The notes under the pieces: generated by a model
What the model was told of the DNA's origin: nothing
The model's database searches: none
The model's input: the letters and a program-made list of their open reading frames with translations, nothing else
Shown: piece after piece, positions 53,248-62,356 of the stretch
Position numbering within the stretch: position 1 is the first letter of the stretch
Layout: every line of letters begins with the position of its first letter
Assembly (NCBI GenBank): GCA_024763365.1
Contig: JANTFO010000001.1
Span: forward strand, 14,241 to 78,240
Reading direction: 5' to 3'
Length of the DNA: 64,000 nucleotides
Source of the DNA: Flavobacteriaceae bacterium
GTDB lineage: Bacteria; Bacteroidota; Bacteroidia; Flavobacteriales; Flavobacteriaceae
Position numbers and translations under genes: made by a program

Positions 53248-55542
53248 TTATTTCTCATGTTTTTTAGCCTTAAACTCCTCAAATTTAGACTTTTCCTCTT
53301 GTCGTGGCCAATGGTTGTTTCGAGTATCTACATCAGCTGTAATTTCTTGAGGGTCAATGGTAATGGACTTGATCTCTTTGTTGGATGGGAAAAGTTTTCT
53401 TACCTCATTATCATTGTGAATCCATATTTCAGCCGGATAATTAAAGAACTCTTTAGTATCATCAACATAGGTGATCTCCATTAATATCGGCATCACTAAG
53501 CCACCGTTTTTCTCAAAAACTATTTCATAAAAGTAATGGCTGTCTTTCATAGTAGCACGTTCTTCTGCTGAATAGTTTGCTTCTATAAAATCTTTTAAAA
53601 TAGTAAAATCTTTAGCCGGTTCATTTTTATCCAGCATCTCTGACTTGAAATCATCACTGTCTTTAGAAACAAGATACAGCATTTTAGGGAATTGATCTAT
53701 TGTCATGCCATAAGCTTTGGCCATTCTTTTAACACGCTCTGTAGGCTGGTCAGTCACTATGTATTGATTTACCTCTTTCAAGCCAATATCATTGACATCG
53801 GTCGTATAAAACCATCCTCTCCAAAACCAATCCAGATCCACCCCGGAAGCATCTTCCATAGTCCTGAAAAAGTCTGCCGTAGATGGGTGCTTAAATTTCC
53901 ACCTGTTGGCATAGGTTTTAAAAGCGTAATCAAAGAGTTCGGGTCCCATGATAAATTCACGTAACATGTATAAACCGGCAGTAGGTTTGTGATAAGCATT
54001 CTTACCGCTATCAAACACCGCTTCGTGTTGTGACATGATAGGGGCAATAGTGCTTTGGTCACCTGTCATGTATGCTATTAAGTCTTTAGGATAACCGCGC
54101 GATGGAAAATCTTTTTCCAATTCTTGCTGTGCCATGAGTTGACAAAAGGTATTCAAACCTTCATCCATCCATCCCCATTGGCGCTCATCGGAATTGACAA
54201 TCATCGGAAACCAATTATGGCCTACTTCATGAATAATAACCGCAATAGTGCTAGTGCGACTTCTCTCGGAATAGGTGCCATCTTTTCTAGCACGTCCACC
54301 ATTCCAACAAATCATAGGATATTCCATTCCTTGCTGCTGTGCATTGATAGCAATAGCTTTGTGGTATGGGTAATTAAACAAGCGTTTGGAATATGATTTT
54401 AATGTGTGCACCACACTCGAAGTTCCGTAATCTTTCCATATAGGAGCCCCTTCTTTGGGGTATAATGATATAGCCATTACAGTTCTATCACCCAATTTGA
54501 CAGCTTGCGCATCGTAGATAAATTTTCGGGAAGTAGAAAAGGCAAAATCACGTACCTTTTCTGCTTTAAAATGCCAGGTTTTTGTTTTGATTGAAATGTT
54601 TTTTTCCGCAGCTTCTGCCTCTTCTTGAGTTACAATAAATATTGGTTTTTCATAAGAGGTCAAAGCTTTTTTATAGCGTTTCATCTGTGCATTAGTGAAT
54701 ACTTCTTCACGGTTTAAGAGTTTACCGGTAGCTTCCAATACATGGTCAGCGGGTGTGGTAATTTTAACATCATAATCTCCAAAAACCAGGGTAAATTCAC
54801 CACGCCCTAAAAACTGTTTATTTTGCCAGCCTTCTACATCGTTATAAACCGCCATTCTAGGGAACCACTGCGCGATGATATATAAATTATTGCCATCTTC
54901 ATCAAAATGCTCATAACCCGAACGCCCACGTGCCACCATATAGTTATTGATGTTATACCACCATTTGATACTAAATTCAAAATTCTCACCGGACTGCAAA
55001 GGCTTTGGTAGATCTATACGCATCATGGTTTCATTGATGATATAGGGTAGGCTTGCACCATTTTTACCTTTTACATAGTCAATCTTAAAACCACCATCAA
55101 ATTCTTTACCCATAAAACTTTGCACATAAGCTTGAGGCCTATACCCAACGCGAGGCCCTTGACCACTTGTTTTTTTTGACATAGCATCCTTAGCACGTAT
55201 GTTTTGATCAAGTTGTACCCAAAGATATTCCAAAGCATCGGGTGAATTGTTGTGATAAGTAATACTGGCATTCCCAAAAAGTTGTTGCTTTTGATCGTCC
55301 AATGTCGCTTCTATTACATAATCGGCCTGTTGTTGATAGTAAGCATAGCCTGGCGCTCCTGATGCTGTCCTGTAGGCATTGGGTGTGGGTAGTTCTTCAT
55401 GTAATTGTTTGAATTTGTTGATGTTATAGTGCCCTGTAATGTTCTTGGCATCGATGGGTGCTTCTTTTTTTTGCCCGTGTTGCTGTGCCAAAACAGACAA
55501 GCTTAAGAACAACACGAGTAAGCTTAATATGTTTTTTTTCAT
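53248..55542 (-). CDS. M1 family metallopeptidase (aminopeptidase N-like)
   Basis: 764 aa with a signal peptide and the zinc motif HEVGHNWF...WMDEG (HExxH-x18-E). Confidence 0.9.
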   Translation of the reverse strand: MKKNILSLLVLFLSLSVLAQQHGQKKEAPIDAKNITGHYNINKFKQLHEELPTPNAYRTASGAPGYAYYQQQADYVIEATLDDQKQQLFGNASITYHNNSPDALEYLWVQLDQNIRAKDAMSKKTSGQGPRVGYRPQAYVQSFMGKEFDGGFKIDYVKGKNGASLPYIINETMMRIDLPKPLQSGENFEFSIKWWYNINNYMVARGRSGYEHFDEDGNNLYIIAQWFPRMAVYNDVEGWQNKQFLGRGEFTLVFGDYDVKITTPADHVLEATGKLLNREEVFTNAQMKRYKKALTSYEKPIFIVTQEEAEAAEKNISIKTKTWHFKAEKVRDFAFSTSRKFIYDAQAVKLGDRTVMAISLYPKEGAPIWKDYGTSSVVHTLKSYSKRLFNYPYHKAIAINAQQQGMEYPMICWNGGRARKDGTYSERSRTSTIAVIIHEVGHNWFPMIVNSDERQWGWMDEGLNTFCQLMAQQELEKDFPSRGYPKDLIAYMTGDQSTIAPIMSQHEAVFDSGKNAYHKPTAGLYMLREFIMGPELFDYAFKTYANRWKFKHPSTADFFRTMEDASGVDLDWFWRGWFYTTDVNDIGLKEVNQYIVTDQPTERVKRMAKAYGMTIDQFPKMLYLVSKDSDDFKSEMLDKNEPAKDFTILKDFIEANYSAEERATMKDSHYFYEIVFEKNGGLVMPILMEITYVDDTKEFFNYPAEIWIHNDNEVRKLFPSNKEIKSITIDPQEITADVDTRNNHWPRQEEKSKFEEFKAKKHEK

Positions 55543-55614
55543 GTGATGATTGAAATAGTTGGTTTTAGTTATGAATGTTCAAATGTAATTTTTCTCTGAA
55601 CCTGTTCAAAGGCT

Positions 55615-56151
55615 TTAAGAAAAGTTTAACAAGCCCGAAGGTTTGTCTTTAGTTAGGATCATGCTTTTATTGATGCCTTTGTACCTTATTTTATGGATGT
55701 TTTCTTGTTCAGGAAAAGTAGTTTGCAGAATCGTGTTTTTGATTCTCATACTTTCAATTGATGCTGAAATATCTCGAATTTCCATATATAAGTAAATCAC
55801 ATCTTTTTCTGCTTCTTTTCCCAGAAACTTATAGGTGTAGTTTTGGTCATTGAGGTCTATTTGAAAATGTTTGATCAAGTATTTTTCGATTAGTGTATCA
55901 GCATTCTTTATTTCACGAGCAGTTCCAATCTCTAAGTTTTGGTCAAAGTATTTTGAAAGTGCCAAATCAAAATCATCAGCAAAAACACGGCTGGTGATTT
56001 GAAAGCTATTTGATGTTATATCATATTGAATGTTCGTCAAACTGTAATATTCCTTATGCAGGTTAAATGAAAGCAGCGGTATAAACAATAATATAAGTAT
56101 GTAGAGATGTAAGAAGCTTTTATTTTTTCTAAATTTGAACCTATGAAACAT
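55615..56151 (-). CDS. hypothetical secreted protein (possibly DUF6702-like)
   Basis: 178 aa with a basic N-terminus followed by a hydrophobic segment. Adjacent to the M1 peptidase. Family assignment is from memory only. Confidence 0.4.
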   Translation of the reverse strand: MFHRFKFRKNKSFLHLYILILLFIPLLSFNLHKEYYSLTNIQYDITSNSFQITSRVFADDFDLALSKYFDQNLEIGTAREIKNADTLIEKYLIKHFQIDLNDQNYTYKFLGKEAEKDVIYLYMEIRDISASIESMRIKNTILQTTFPEQENIHKIRYKGINKSMILTKDKPSGLLNFS

Positions 56152-57474
56152 ATCATTTTAGTTTTAATGGTTTTTAGTTTGATGGCTTGCACAGTTCAAA
56201 GAAAAAAGCCTTCAAACAAGCCCTCAAATGTATATAAAAATATAAAAATAGTTGAAGGCAATGCTTGGGTGACCGGAGCTTGTGAACCTTCCATAGTGAT
56301 TAACCCTAAAAACCCCAATCAAATTATTGCAGGTAACGTTTTGGATGAATTGCATATTTCTTTAGACGCTGGGCTTACCTGGTCGCATAGCAAATTATCA
56401 TCTAATCTAGGAGTGTATGGTGATCCTTGTCTTATCGCAGACAAGGATGGGAGGCTTTATTATTTACATTTGGCCAATCCAGATGGTATGGCTCATGAAA
56501 GCACTAAATTTCTGAACCAGATCGTTTTACAGTATTCTTATGATGGGGGTATTAGCTGGTCTTCGGGAACCGGAATAGGAAAAAATGAACCTAAGCAACA
56601 AGATAAAGAATGGGCTACTGTTCATCCGGAAACAGGTCAAATATATGTTTGTTGGACAGAATTTGATAAATATGGCAGTGATAATCCTAAGCACAAAAGT
56701 AGAATTCAATTTGCAACTTCCACAGATTTTGGGAAAAGTTTTTCTAAACCGATTACGATTAGTCAAACTGAAGGAGATGCAAAGGATGATGATATGACTA
56801 CTGAAGGGGCTGTTCCGGCGGTTTCAAAAGATGGTAAAGTGTATGTTGCTTGGTCGTATGATGCTAAAATATTTTTTGACCGCAGTTTGGACAATGGTAA
56901 AACGTGGGAAACAACCGATCGTGTTATTGCCCAACAGCCTGGTGGTTGGTCACAGGATATTCCTGGTATTATGCGCTGTAATGGGATGCCGGTAACAGCA
57001 GTTGATAATAGTAATTCGCCTTATAGCGGAACTATTTATGTAAACTGGACAGACCAAAGAAATGGCAGTGATAACACCGATGTTTTTTTGATTAAATCTA
57101 CCGATGAAGGTTTAACCTGGACTGATCCTGTAAAAGTCAATCAAGACAATACTTTAACCCATCAGTTTTTTACCTGGATGGATGTTGATCCTGTAACAGG
57201 ATATATTTATATTGTTTTTTATGATAGAAGTCCCTATACTAACCAACTTACAGATGTTGCTTTGGCTATATCCAAAGATGGAGGAACCAGTTTTGAACAA
57301 ATGACGATTTCCGACAGTCCGTTTGATCCGGTCAAAATGGTGTTTTTTGGAGATTATCTTAATATTGATGTGTACAATGGAGTAGTTCGTCCAATATGGA
57401 CCAGATATGAAAAAGGTAAACTTAGTGTGTGGACGGCAATGATTAAAAATTCAGAATTCAGAATTCAGAATTAA
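56143..57474 (+). CDS. BNR/Asp-box repeat (sialidase-like beta-propeller) lipoprotein
   Basis: Lipobox LMAC. Six Asp-box-like motifs: SLDAGLTW, SYDGGISW, STDFGKSF, SLDNGKTW, STDEGLTW, SKDGGTSF. Confidence 0.75.
   Translation: MKHIILVLMVFSLMACTVQRKKPSNKPSNVYKNIKIVEGNAWVTGACEPSIVINPKNPNQIIAGNVLDELHISLDAGLTWSHSKLSSNLGVYGDPCLIADKDGRLYYLHLANPDGMAHESTKFLNQIVLQYSYDGGISWSSGTGIGKNEPKQQDKEWATVHPETGQIYVCWTEFDKYGSDNPKHKSRIQFATSTDFGKSFSKPITISQTEGDAKDDDMTTEGAVPAVSKDGKVYVAWSYDAKIFFDRSLDNGKTWETTDRVIAQQPGGWSQDIPGIMRCNGMPVTAVDNSNSPYSGTIYVNWTDQRNGSDNTDVFLIKSTDEGLTWTDPVKVNQDNTLTHQFFTWMDVDPVTGYIYIVFYDRSPYTNQLTDVALAISKDGGTSFEQMTISDSPFDPVKMVFFGDYLNIDVYNGVVRPIWTRYEKGKLSVWTAMIKNSEFRIQN
57447..57474. repeat. gaattca heptamer repeat forming the 3' end of the BNR gene
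   Basis: aaattcagaattcagaattcagaattaa encodes ...NSEFRIQN followed by stop. Confidence 0.85.
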
Positions 57475-57538
57475 AAATGTCTGATGACAACCGACCATAC
57501 CTGCATTAGCAGGCAATCAAAGACTAACGACTAAAAAC

Positions 57539-58669
57539 ATGAAAATATATTTTGACAATGCAGCGACCACCCCGATTTTACCTGAAGTAAGGGAAGCGAT
57601 TATGGGTAGCATGGAGCAGATAATCGGCAATCCTTCATCTACCCATCAATGGGGTAGAGAGGCTAATGTAGCTGTGGAACATGCCCGGCGATCTATAGCA
57701 AGTTCTTTAAATATAATACCTCCTGAAATCTATTTTACAGCAGGTGGTAGTGAAGCTGATAATTTGATTTTATACAATGCTATTGCTCATTGGGAAATGA
57801 AACATATCATCACTACTACATTAGAACACAGTGCGGTATATAAAACCATTCTGCATTTACAAAAGCATTTTGATTTTAAATTATCTTATGTAAAACATTT
57901 TTCGGATGGTGGAGTTGATATAGATGAACTTGAAAAACTAATAGCCGGTTCTCAAGAAAAAACACTGGTGAGTTTGATGTTTGTCAACAATGAAACTGGC
58001 CGGCTTTTAGATATAGAAAAAGTGTCTGCAATAATAAAAAAACATGATGCCTTTTTTCACTCGGATACAGTCCAAGGGATCGGTAAATTTCCTTTTGATT
58101 TGCAAAAATTACCTATTGATTTTCTAGCAGCTTCGGCTCACAAATTTCACGGGCCTAAAGGTGTTGGTTTCATGCGTGTCCCCAAAGAATTTAAGGTACA
58201 CCCATTATTGACAGGTGGTTCTCAAGAACGTGGTTCAAGAGCCGGTACGGAAAATGTCCATAGTGTTGTGGGTATGGCCAAAGCTTTGGAACTGGCCAAT
58301 AAAGATTTAGAGAAAACAAAAGAGTACGTTCAAAGTTTAAAAAAATATGCTATCATTGGATTGAAAGCTAATATTCCTGATATTCAATTTAATGCTGCTT
58401 CGGATGATGAAAGATTATCAGCTTATCATATTCTCAATATACGTTTGCCGAAAAATATACCCATGTTGATTTTTAACTTAGATATCAAAGGGATTGCCGT
58501 TTCGGGTGGCAGTGCTTGTCAAAGTGGCAGTACAAAGCCCTCCAGAGTTTTGACCAATTTACTTTCTGATGACGAACTCCCAAAAACCAGCCTTCGTATT
58601 TCGTTTAGTAAGCTAAATAAGAAGGCTGAGATAGATTATTTTATTAACTCGCTATTGGATTTATATTGA
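57539..58669 (+). CDS. cysteine desulfurase (NifS/IscS class)
   Basis: 376 aa with PLP-lysine context SAHKFHGPKGVG and active-site Cys SGGSACQSG. Confidence 0.9.
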   Translation: MKIYFDNAATTPILPEVREAIMGSMEQIIGNPSSTHQWGREANVAVEHARRSIASSLNIIPPEIYFTAGGSEADNLILYNAIAHWEMKHIITTTLEHSAVYKTILHLQKHFDFKLSYVKHFSDGGVDIDELEKLIAGSQEKTLVSLMFVNNETGRLLDIEKVSAIIKKHDAFFHSDTVQGIGKFPFDLQKLPIDFLAASAHKFHGPKGVGFMRVPKEFKVHPLLTGGSQERGSRAGTENVHSVVGMAKALELANKDLEKTKEYVQSLKKYAIIGLKANIPDIQFNAASDDERLSAYHILNIRLPKNIPMLIFNLDIKGIAVSGGSACQSGSTKPSRVLTNLLSDDELPKTSLRISFSKLNKKAEIDYFINSLLDLY

Positions 58670-58928
58670 TTTGACCACCAATAGCCCTTAATACTTTCAT
58701 AATTGTTGCAAATTGCGGTTTTGCACCATCAGAAAGGGCTTTGTATAAACTTGGACGGCTTAATCCGGTTTCTTCAGCTATTTTGGTCATTCCTATTGAT
58801 TTGGCAACATATCCGATTGCATTAATAACATATTCATTTGTGCCTTCTTCGAGCACAGTGTTAAGATATGCTGCAATCATATCTTTGCTGTCTAAATAAT
58901 CGGCAATGTCAAATTTAGTCGTATTCAT
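58644..58928 (-). CDS. addiction-module antidote protein, HigA family (no partner toxin)
   Basis: 94 aa. FDIADYLDSKDMIAAYLN..., with HTH ...KIAEETGLSRPSLYKALS...P.F.T..KVL.A.G, typical of the HigA-type antidote family. Confidence 0.7.
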   Translation of the reverse strand: MNTTKFDIADYLDSKDMIAAYLNTVLEEGTNEYVINAIGYVAKSIGMTKIAEETGLSRPSLYKALSDGAKPQFATIMKVLRAIGGQININPIAS

Positions 58929-59002
58929 TTTGTTACTTTTTTAAATGGGCTAATCAAAAATAATGTGCTACTTAATCCGAAAAATACATAAAATTTTTAT
59001 TA

Positions 59003-59122
59003 GTTGAAAGTTAAAAGTTTATGCTCAAGTGATGAACAAAAATCATAACCCAAATTTGGGCTACATAACAAAATTGAATACAAAGGCTAACTTTATGAAC
59101 TTTACACTTTTAACTTTTTAAC
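59003..59122. repeat. inverted word arms (gttgaaa gttaaaa / ttttaac) flanking a 12-nt perfect palindrome
   Basis: Left arm 59003-59020 is gttgaaagttaaaagttt. Right arm 59088-59122 contains aacttt and ttttaac words. cccaaatttggg lies at 59049-59060. Confidence 0.7.
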
Positions 59123-59148
59123 TCCGCATTATTGTTGAATAATGTGGG

Positions 59149-60528
59149 TTAAGCCTTTTTGGCATCCAAGTGCTCAATCACTTTACCGTATACTATTAAT
59201 GCAACGGCAGCTATGAGTGCTATTCCTGCAAAGTAATACCATATAAAATGAGCATTAGAAGCCGCCGCTTCCCAGGCTTCATGAGTCTCAAATAATTTGG
59301 GGTCAGGACAGTATTTTGACAATAAAAACCCTGATAAACTAAATCCTAAAACAGATGCCAAAAATGAATGTAAATGACTAAATCCTAAATACATGCCTTC
59401 CTCACCCTTAGGTGCTTGTAAAGAAAAGAATTCTAAGAATCTCGGTGAAATAAAAGATTCTCCTAATGCTTGTAAAGCAATACCAATAATCATCATGATA
59501 GCTACCGGATGCATGCTAAAAGAACCTATTTCTATAGGGGTATGCCCAAACCAATTACCGGAGGCCATAGCCAAAGCGGAAAGTGGCATGATAAACATTC
59601 CTAAAGTCATTGAAAATAGAGGTGTTTTACTTTTCATCAAGCGTGTAATCCAAGTAACTGTCAATACCACGACTAATGGATTGACATTTGCATACCAGGA
59701 AGGGGCAGCACTTTCACCGGCCATACGGAGTACATATTTGGGCATGGTGGCATAGAGCTGGTGTTGTACGATCCAAAAACCTGTGATGATTATAATGAGG
59801 CTGACCAATCTTCCATTAGAAACTACCTTGACCAATCCTCTCCATATATCTCTAAAGGTTTTGCCTTTTCCATCGTGTTTACTGCTTTTATATAAGAAAA
59901 TGATCAATATTAACGCGAGTAAGGTCATACCTGTGGAAAAATAATTGATGTTGACCAATCCCATATCTCCCATGGAATTACGCAAAGGCTTTACCAGCGT
60001 TTTACCTGAAAAAGCACCTATATTCACCATCATATAAAAAATAGAGAATCCTTGTGCACGATTTACTTCGGTGGTTTCTTTAGCAACTGTTCCTGTAATC
60101 ACTGACTTGATGAAGGAACCCCCGATCATGATTACAAGCATAATGGGTACAATACCCCATTGCTTCCCCGATTCCAGCAAGCCGGTAAATTTGATACCTT
60201 CAGAATAATCAACTAAACCTTTTGATTCCAATAAAGTAGGGAAAAAACCTAAGCCAAAGTAACCAATGGTCAAAAGACTAAAAGCGATGATTAGGGAGTA
60301 TTTAAAACCTATTTTATCTGCTAAAGCTCCTGTAAATGTAGGTAATAAATAAAGCCCTCCTGAGAAAACCCCCGAAATGATACCAGCTTCTACATCGGAA
60401 AAACCGAGAATCCTTGATAAATACAGCGTAATAACGATAAACACCCCGTAGTAAGCACCTCTTTCCAGTAACTCCACGATATTGGCAGTCCAAAATGCGC
60501 GGGTAAATCCTTTTAATCTTTGAAACAT
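59149..60528 (-). CDS. proton-dependent oligopeptide transporter (POT/PTR2 family, MFS)
   Basis: 459 aa, polytopic. N-terminal ELLERGAYYG fits the POT ExxERxxYY motif; GALADKIG is also present. Confidence 0.85.
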   Translation of the reverse strand: MFQRLKGFTRAFWTANIVELLERGAYYGVFIVITLYLSRILGFSDVEAGIISGVFSGGLYLLPTFTGALADKIGFKYSLIIAFSLLTIGYFGLGFFPTLLESKGLVDYSEGIKFTGLLESGKQWGIVPIMLVIMIGGSFIKSVITGTVAKETTEVNRAQGFSIFYMMVNIGAFSGKTLVKPLRNSMGDMGLVNINYFSTGMTLLALILIIFLYKSSKHDGKGKTFRDIWRGLVKVVSNGRLVSLIIIITGFWIVQHQLYATMPKYVLRMAGESAAPSWYANVNPLVVVLTVTWITRLMKSKTPLFSMTLGMFIMPLSALAMASGNWFGHTPIEIGSFSMHPVAIMMIIGIALQALGESFISPRFLEFFSLQAPKGEEGMYLGFSHLHSFLASVLGFSLSGFLLSKYCPDPKLFETHEAWEAAASNAHFIWYYFAGIALIAAVALIVYGKVIEHLDAKKA

Positions 60529-60611
60529 GAATATGTGATTTTAGTAAAAACTGCGTCTAATATACACTTTTTTGTTATTATTTGTAAGGTTTTTTATTTT
60601 ATGGAAAGAAA

Positions 60612-60643
60612 CAAAAAAGCCACTGAACTAATCCAATGGCTTT
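60612..60643 (-). terminator. Rho-independent terminator after ndk
   Basis: The minus strand reads aaagccattg / cagtggcttt (10 bp, one G-U pair) around the loop gattagtt, followed by a T-run. Confidence 0.55.
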
Positions 60644-60670
60644 AAGAATGAAGTTTTTATATACAAAAGT

Positions 60671-61087
60671 TTAGAACATCTCTCTCCCAGAGAAGTGGAA
60701 GGCGCCTTCAATTGCTGCATTTTCATCACTATCGGCACCGTGAATGGCATTTTCCCCAAGGGAAGTAGCGTATAATTTACGGATAGTTCCTTCAGCAGCT
60801 TCTTCAGGATTGGTAGCGCCGATCAAGGCTCTAAAATCTTCAACCGCATTTTCTTTTTCTAAAATGGCTGCTACGATAGGGCCGCTAGTCATAAACTCAA
60901 CCAATTCTCCAAAGAAAGGCCTTTCTTTATGTATGGCATAAAAGGTTTCTGCGTCTCTTTTGGTCATTTGGGTTTTCTTCATGGCAACTATTCTAAAACC
61001 AGCCGCATTGATTTTCTCTAATATAGCTCCGGTATGTCCGTTTTCAACTGCATCGGGCTTGATCATGGTAAAAGTTCTGTTTGTCAT
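60671..61087 (-). CDS. ndk: nucleoside-diphosphate kinase
   Basis: 138 aa. [11 protein letters not shown]..., with the active-site region NAIHGSD-like (NAIHGADS). Confidence 0.97.
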   Translation of the reverse strand: MTNRTFTMIKPDAVENGHTGAILEKINAAGFRIVAMKKTQMTKRDAETFYAIHKERPFFGELVEFMTSGPIVAAILEKENAVEDFRALIGATNPEEAAEGTIRKLYATSLGENAIHGADSDENAAIEGAFHFSGREMF

Positions 61088-61262
61088 TATTAAGTATGTT
61101 TGTTTTTCGAGGGCGAAAATACTAAAAATAATATTCTCCGCTAATTTTCGCTAATTGAACCAATTACACCAATTGTTTTAGCGTTAATTAGTATAATCCG
61201 TGTGAATTCGTGGATAGGTGATAATGTTTGTATTTGCTTGAATATCAGTAAAATTACTTTTA

Positions 61263-62291
61263 TCAGAATTCCTGCTTGTAAGAAAGTTTCAAAGAATCAT
61301 TTTTACTCCATATTTCCATAGTTACTGAGTTTTTGGCTTTGTCAAACCTAAGTAATCCATAATTCTTGTCTGTCACTACTTTACTGACCCTATAGGGATT
61401 CTCTTCACCTTTAAAGGCTTTATAAGAATGTGTCATGCCGCTGGAAGTAATGTCAATCAAAGGGTAAGGTAGCCCTGCTATTTCTTTTTTGGATATTTCT
61501 GCTATATGTCTGTCTCCGGATAATATAAAAGTGTTTTTAACTTTGTTCTCAACCAAAATATTTTCTAATCGCGCCACTTCATGAGGCATATTTCCCCAAG
61601 ACTCATAGCCGTGTTGATTTGATAAAAATTGAATACTACTCATTATCACGTTAAAATCTGCAGTAGAAGTTGACAACTCATTTTCTAACCATTGCCATTG
61701 TGACTCTCCAAGCATAGTCCCTTCACCATATGGATTGTGTAGATACCGTCTTTTTGGATTGGGATCGGGTGTAAGAGAGCTTCTAAAATATCGGGTATCA
61801 AGTAATAAAACCTTAATGTAGACACCATCTTTTTTAACATCGTAGGTACGGTATATTCCCGGTCTTTTTCGAACACTATCATTTTTAGGTAAGCCTATAA
61901 AATCATAAAATATTTGTTGAACTTCTACTTTCATTGGGTATTCCCTTCCACCGTCATTAAGACCATAATCATGATCATCCCATACTCCGGTAACAGGCAC
62001 TTTTTTAAGAAAAGCGGCATAAGCGGCGTCCTTTTTTTGGATTTCGTAACAAGATTTCATTTTATCCATATTCTCTGTGTCACAATATATTGCATCTCCG
62101 CCCCATATCCACAGGTCAGGATTTTGAGCTGCAATTTGCGACCAAAAAGGATTTTTAAGATTTTGATTATTGCAAGATCCAAAAGCAATGACTATGTCTG
62201 CTTCCAAAACATCATTGGGGATATTTTCCTTAGTAGTTTTTTTACAAGAAATAAGACTAATAATAATTGTAATAATAAGTAAAGGCCGCAT
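61263..62291 (-). CDS. alkaline phosphatase D (PhoD-like) family metallophosphatase
   Basis: 342 aa, lipoprotein-like N-terminus. Motifs WIWGGDAIY, GVWDDHDYG and LSGDRH. Confidence 0.8.
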   Translation of the reverse strand: MRPLLIITIIISLISCKKTTKENIPNDVLEADIVIAFGSCNNQNLKNPFWSQIAAQNPDLWIWGGDAIYCDTENMDKMKSCYEIQKKDAAYAAFLKKVPVTGVWDDHDYGLNDGGREYPMKVEVQQIFYDFIGLPKNDSVRKRPGIYRTYDVKKDGVYIKVLLLDTRYFRSSLTPDPNPKRRYLHNPYGEGTMLGESQWQWLENELSTSTADFNVIMSSIQFLSNQHGYESWGNMPHEVARLENILVENKVKNTFILSGDRHIAEISKKEIAGLPYPLIDITSSGMTHSYKAFKGEENPYRVSKVVTDKNYGLLRFDKAKNSVTMEIWSKNDSLKLSYKQEF

Positions 62292-62356
62292 GATTAATTT
62301 TTTTCAAATGTAATAAATCTGTATAATTAAAGACAATTATTTTATATTTGCGTTTC

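Noticed and set aside
53236-53484. 82-aa ORF at the 3' end of the M1 peptidase gene, on the opposite strand.
   Set aside because: It is antisense to the well-supported peptidase C-terminus and begins inside the bidirectional terminator region.
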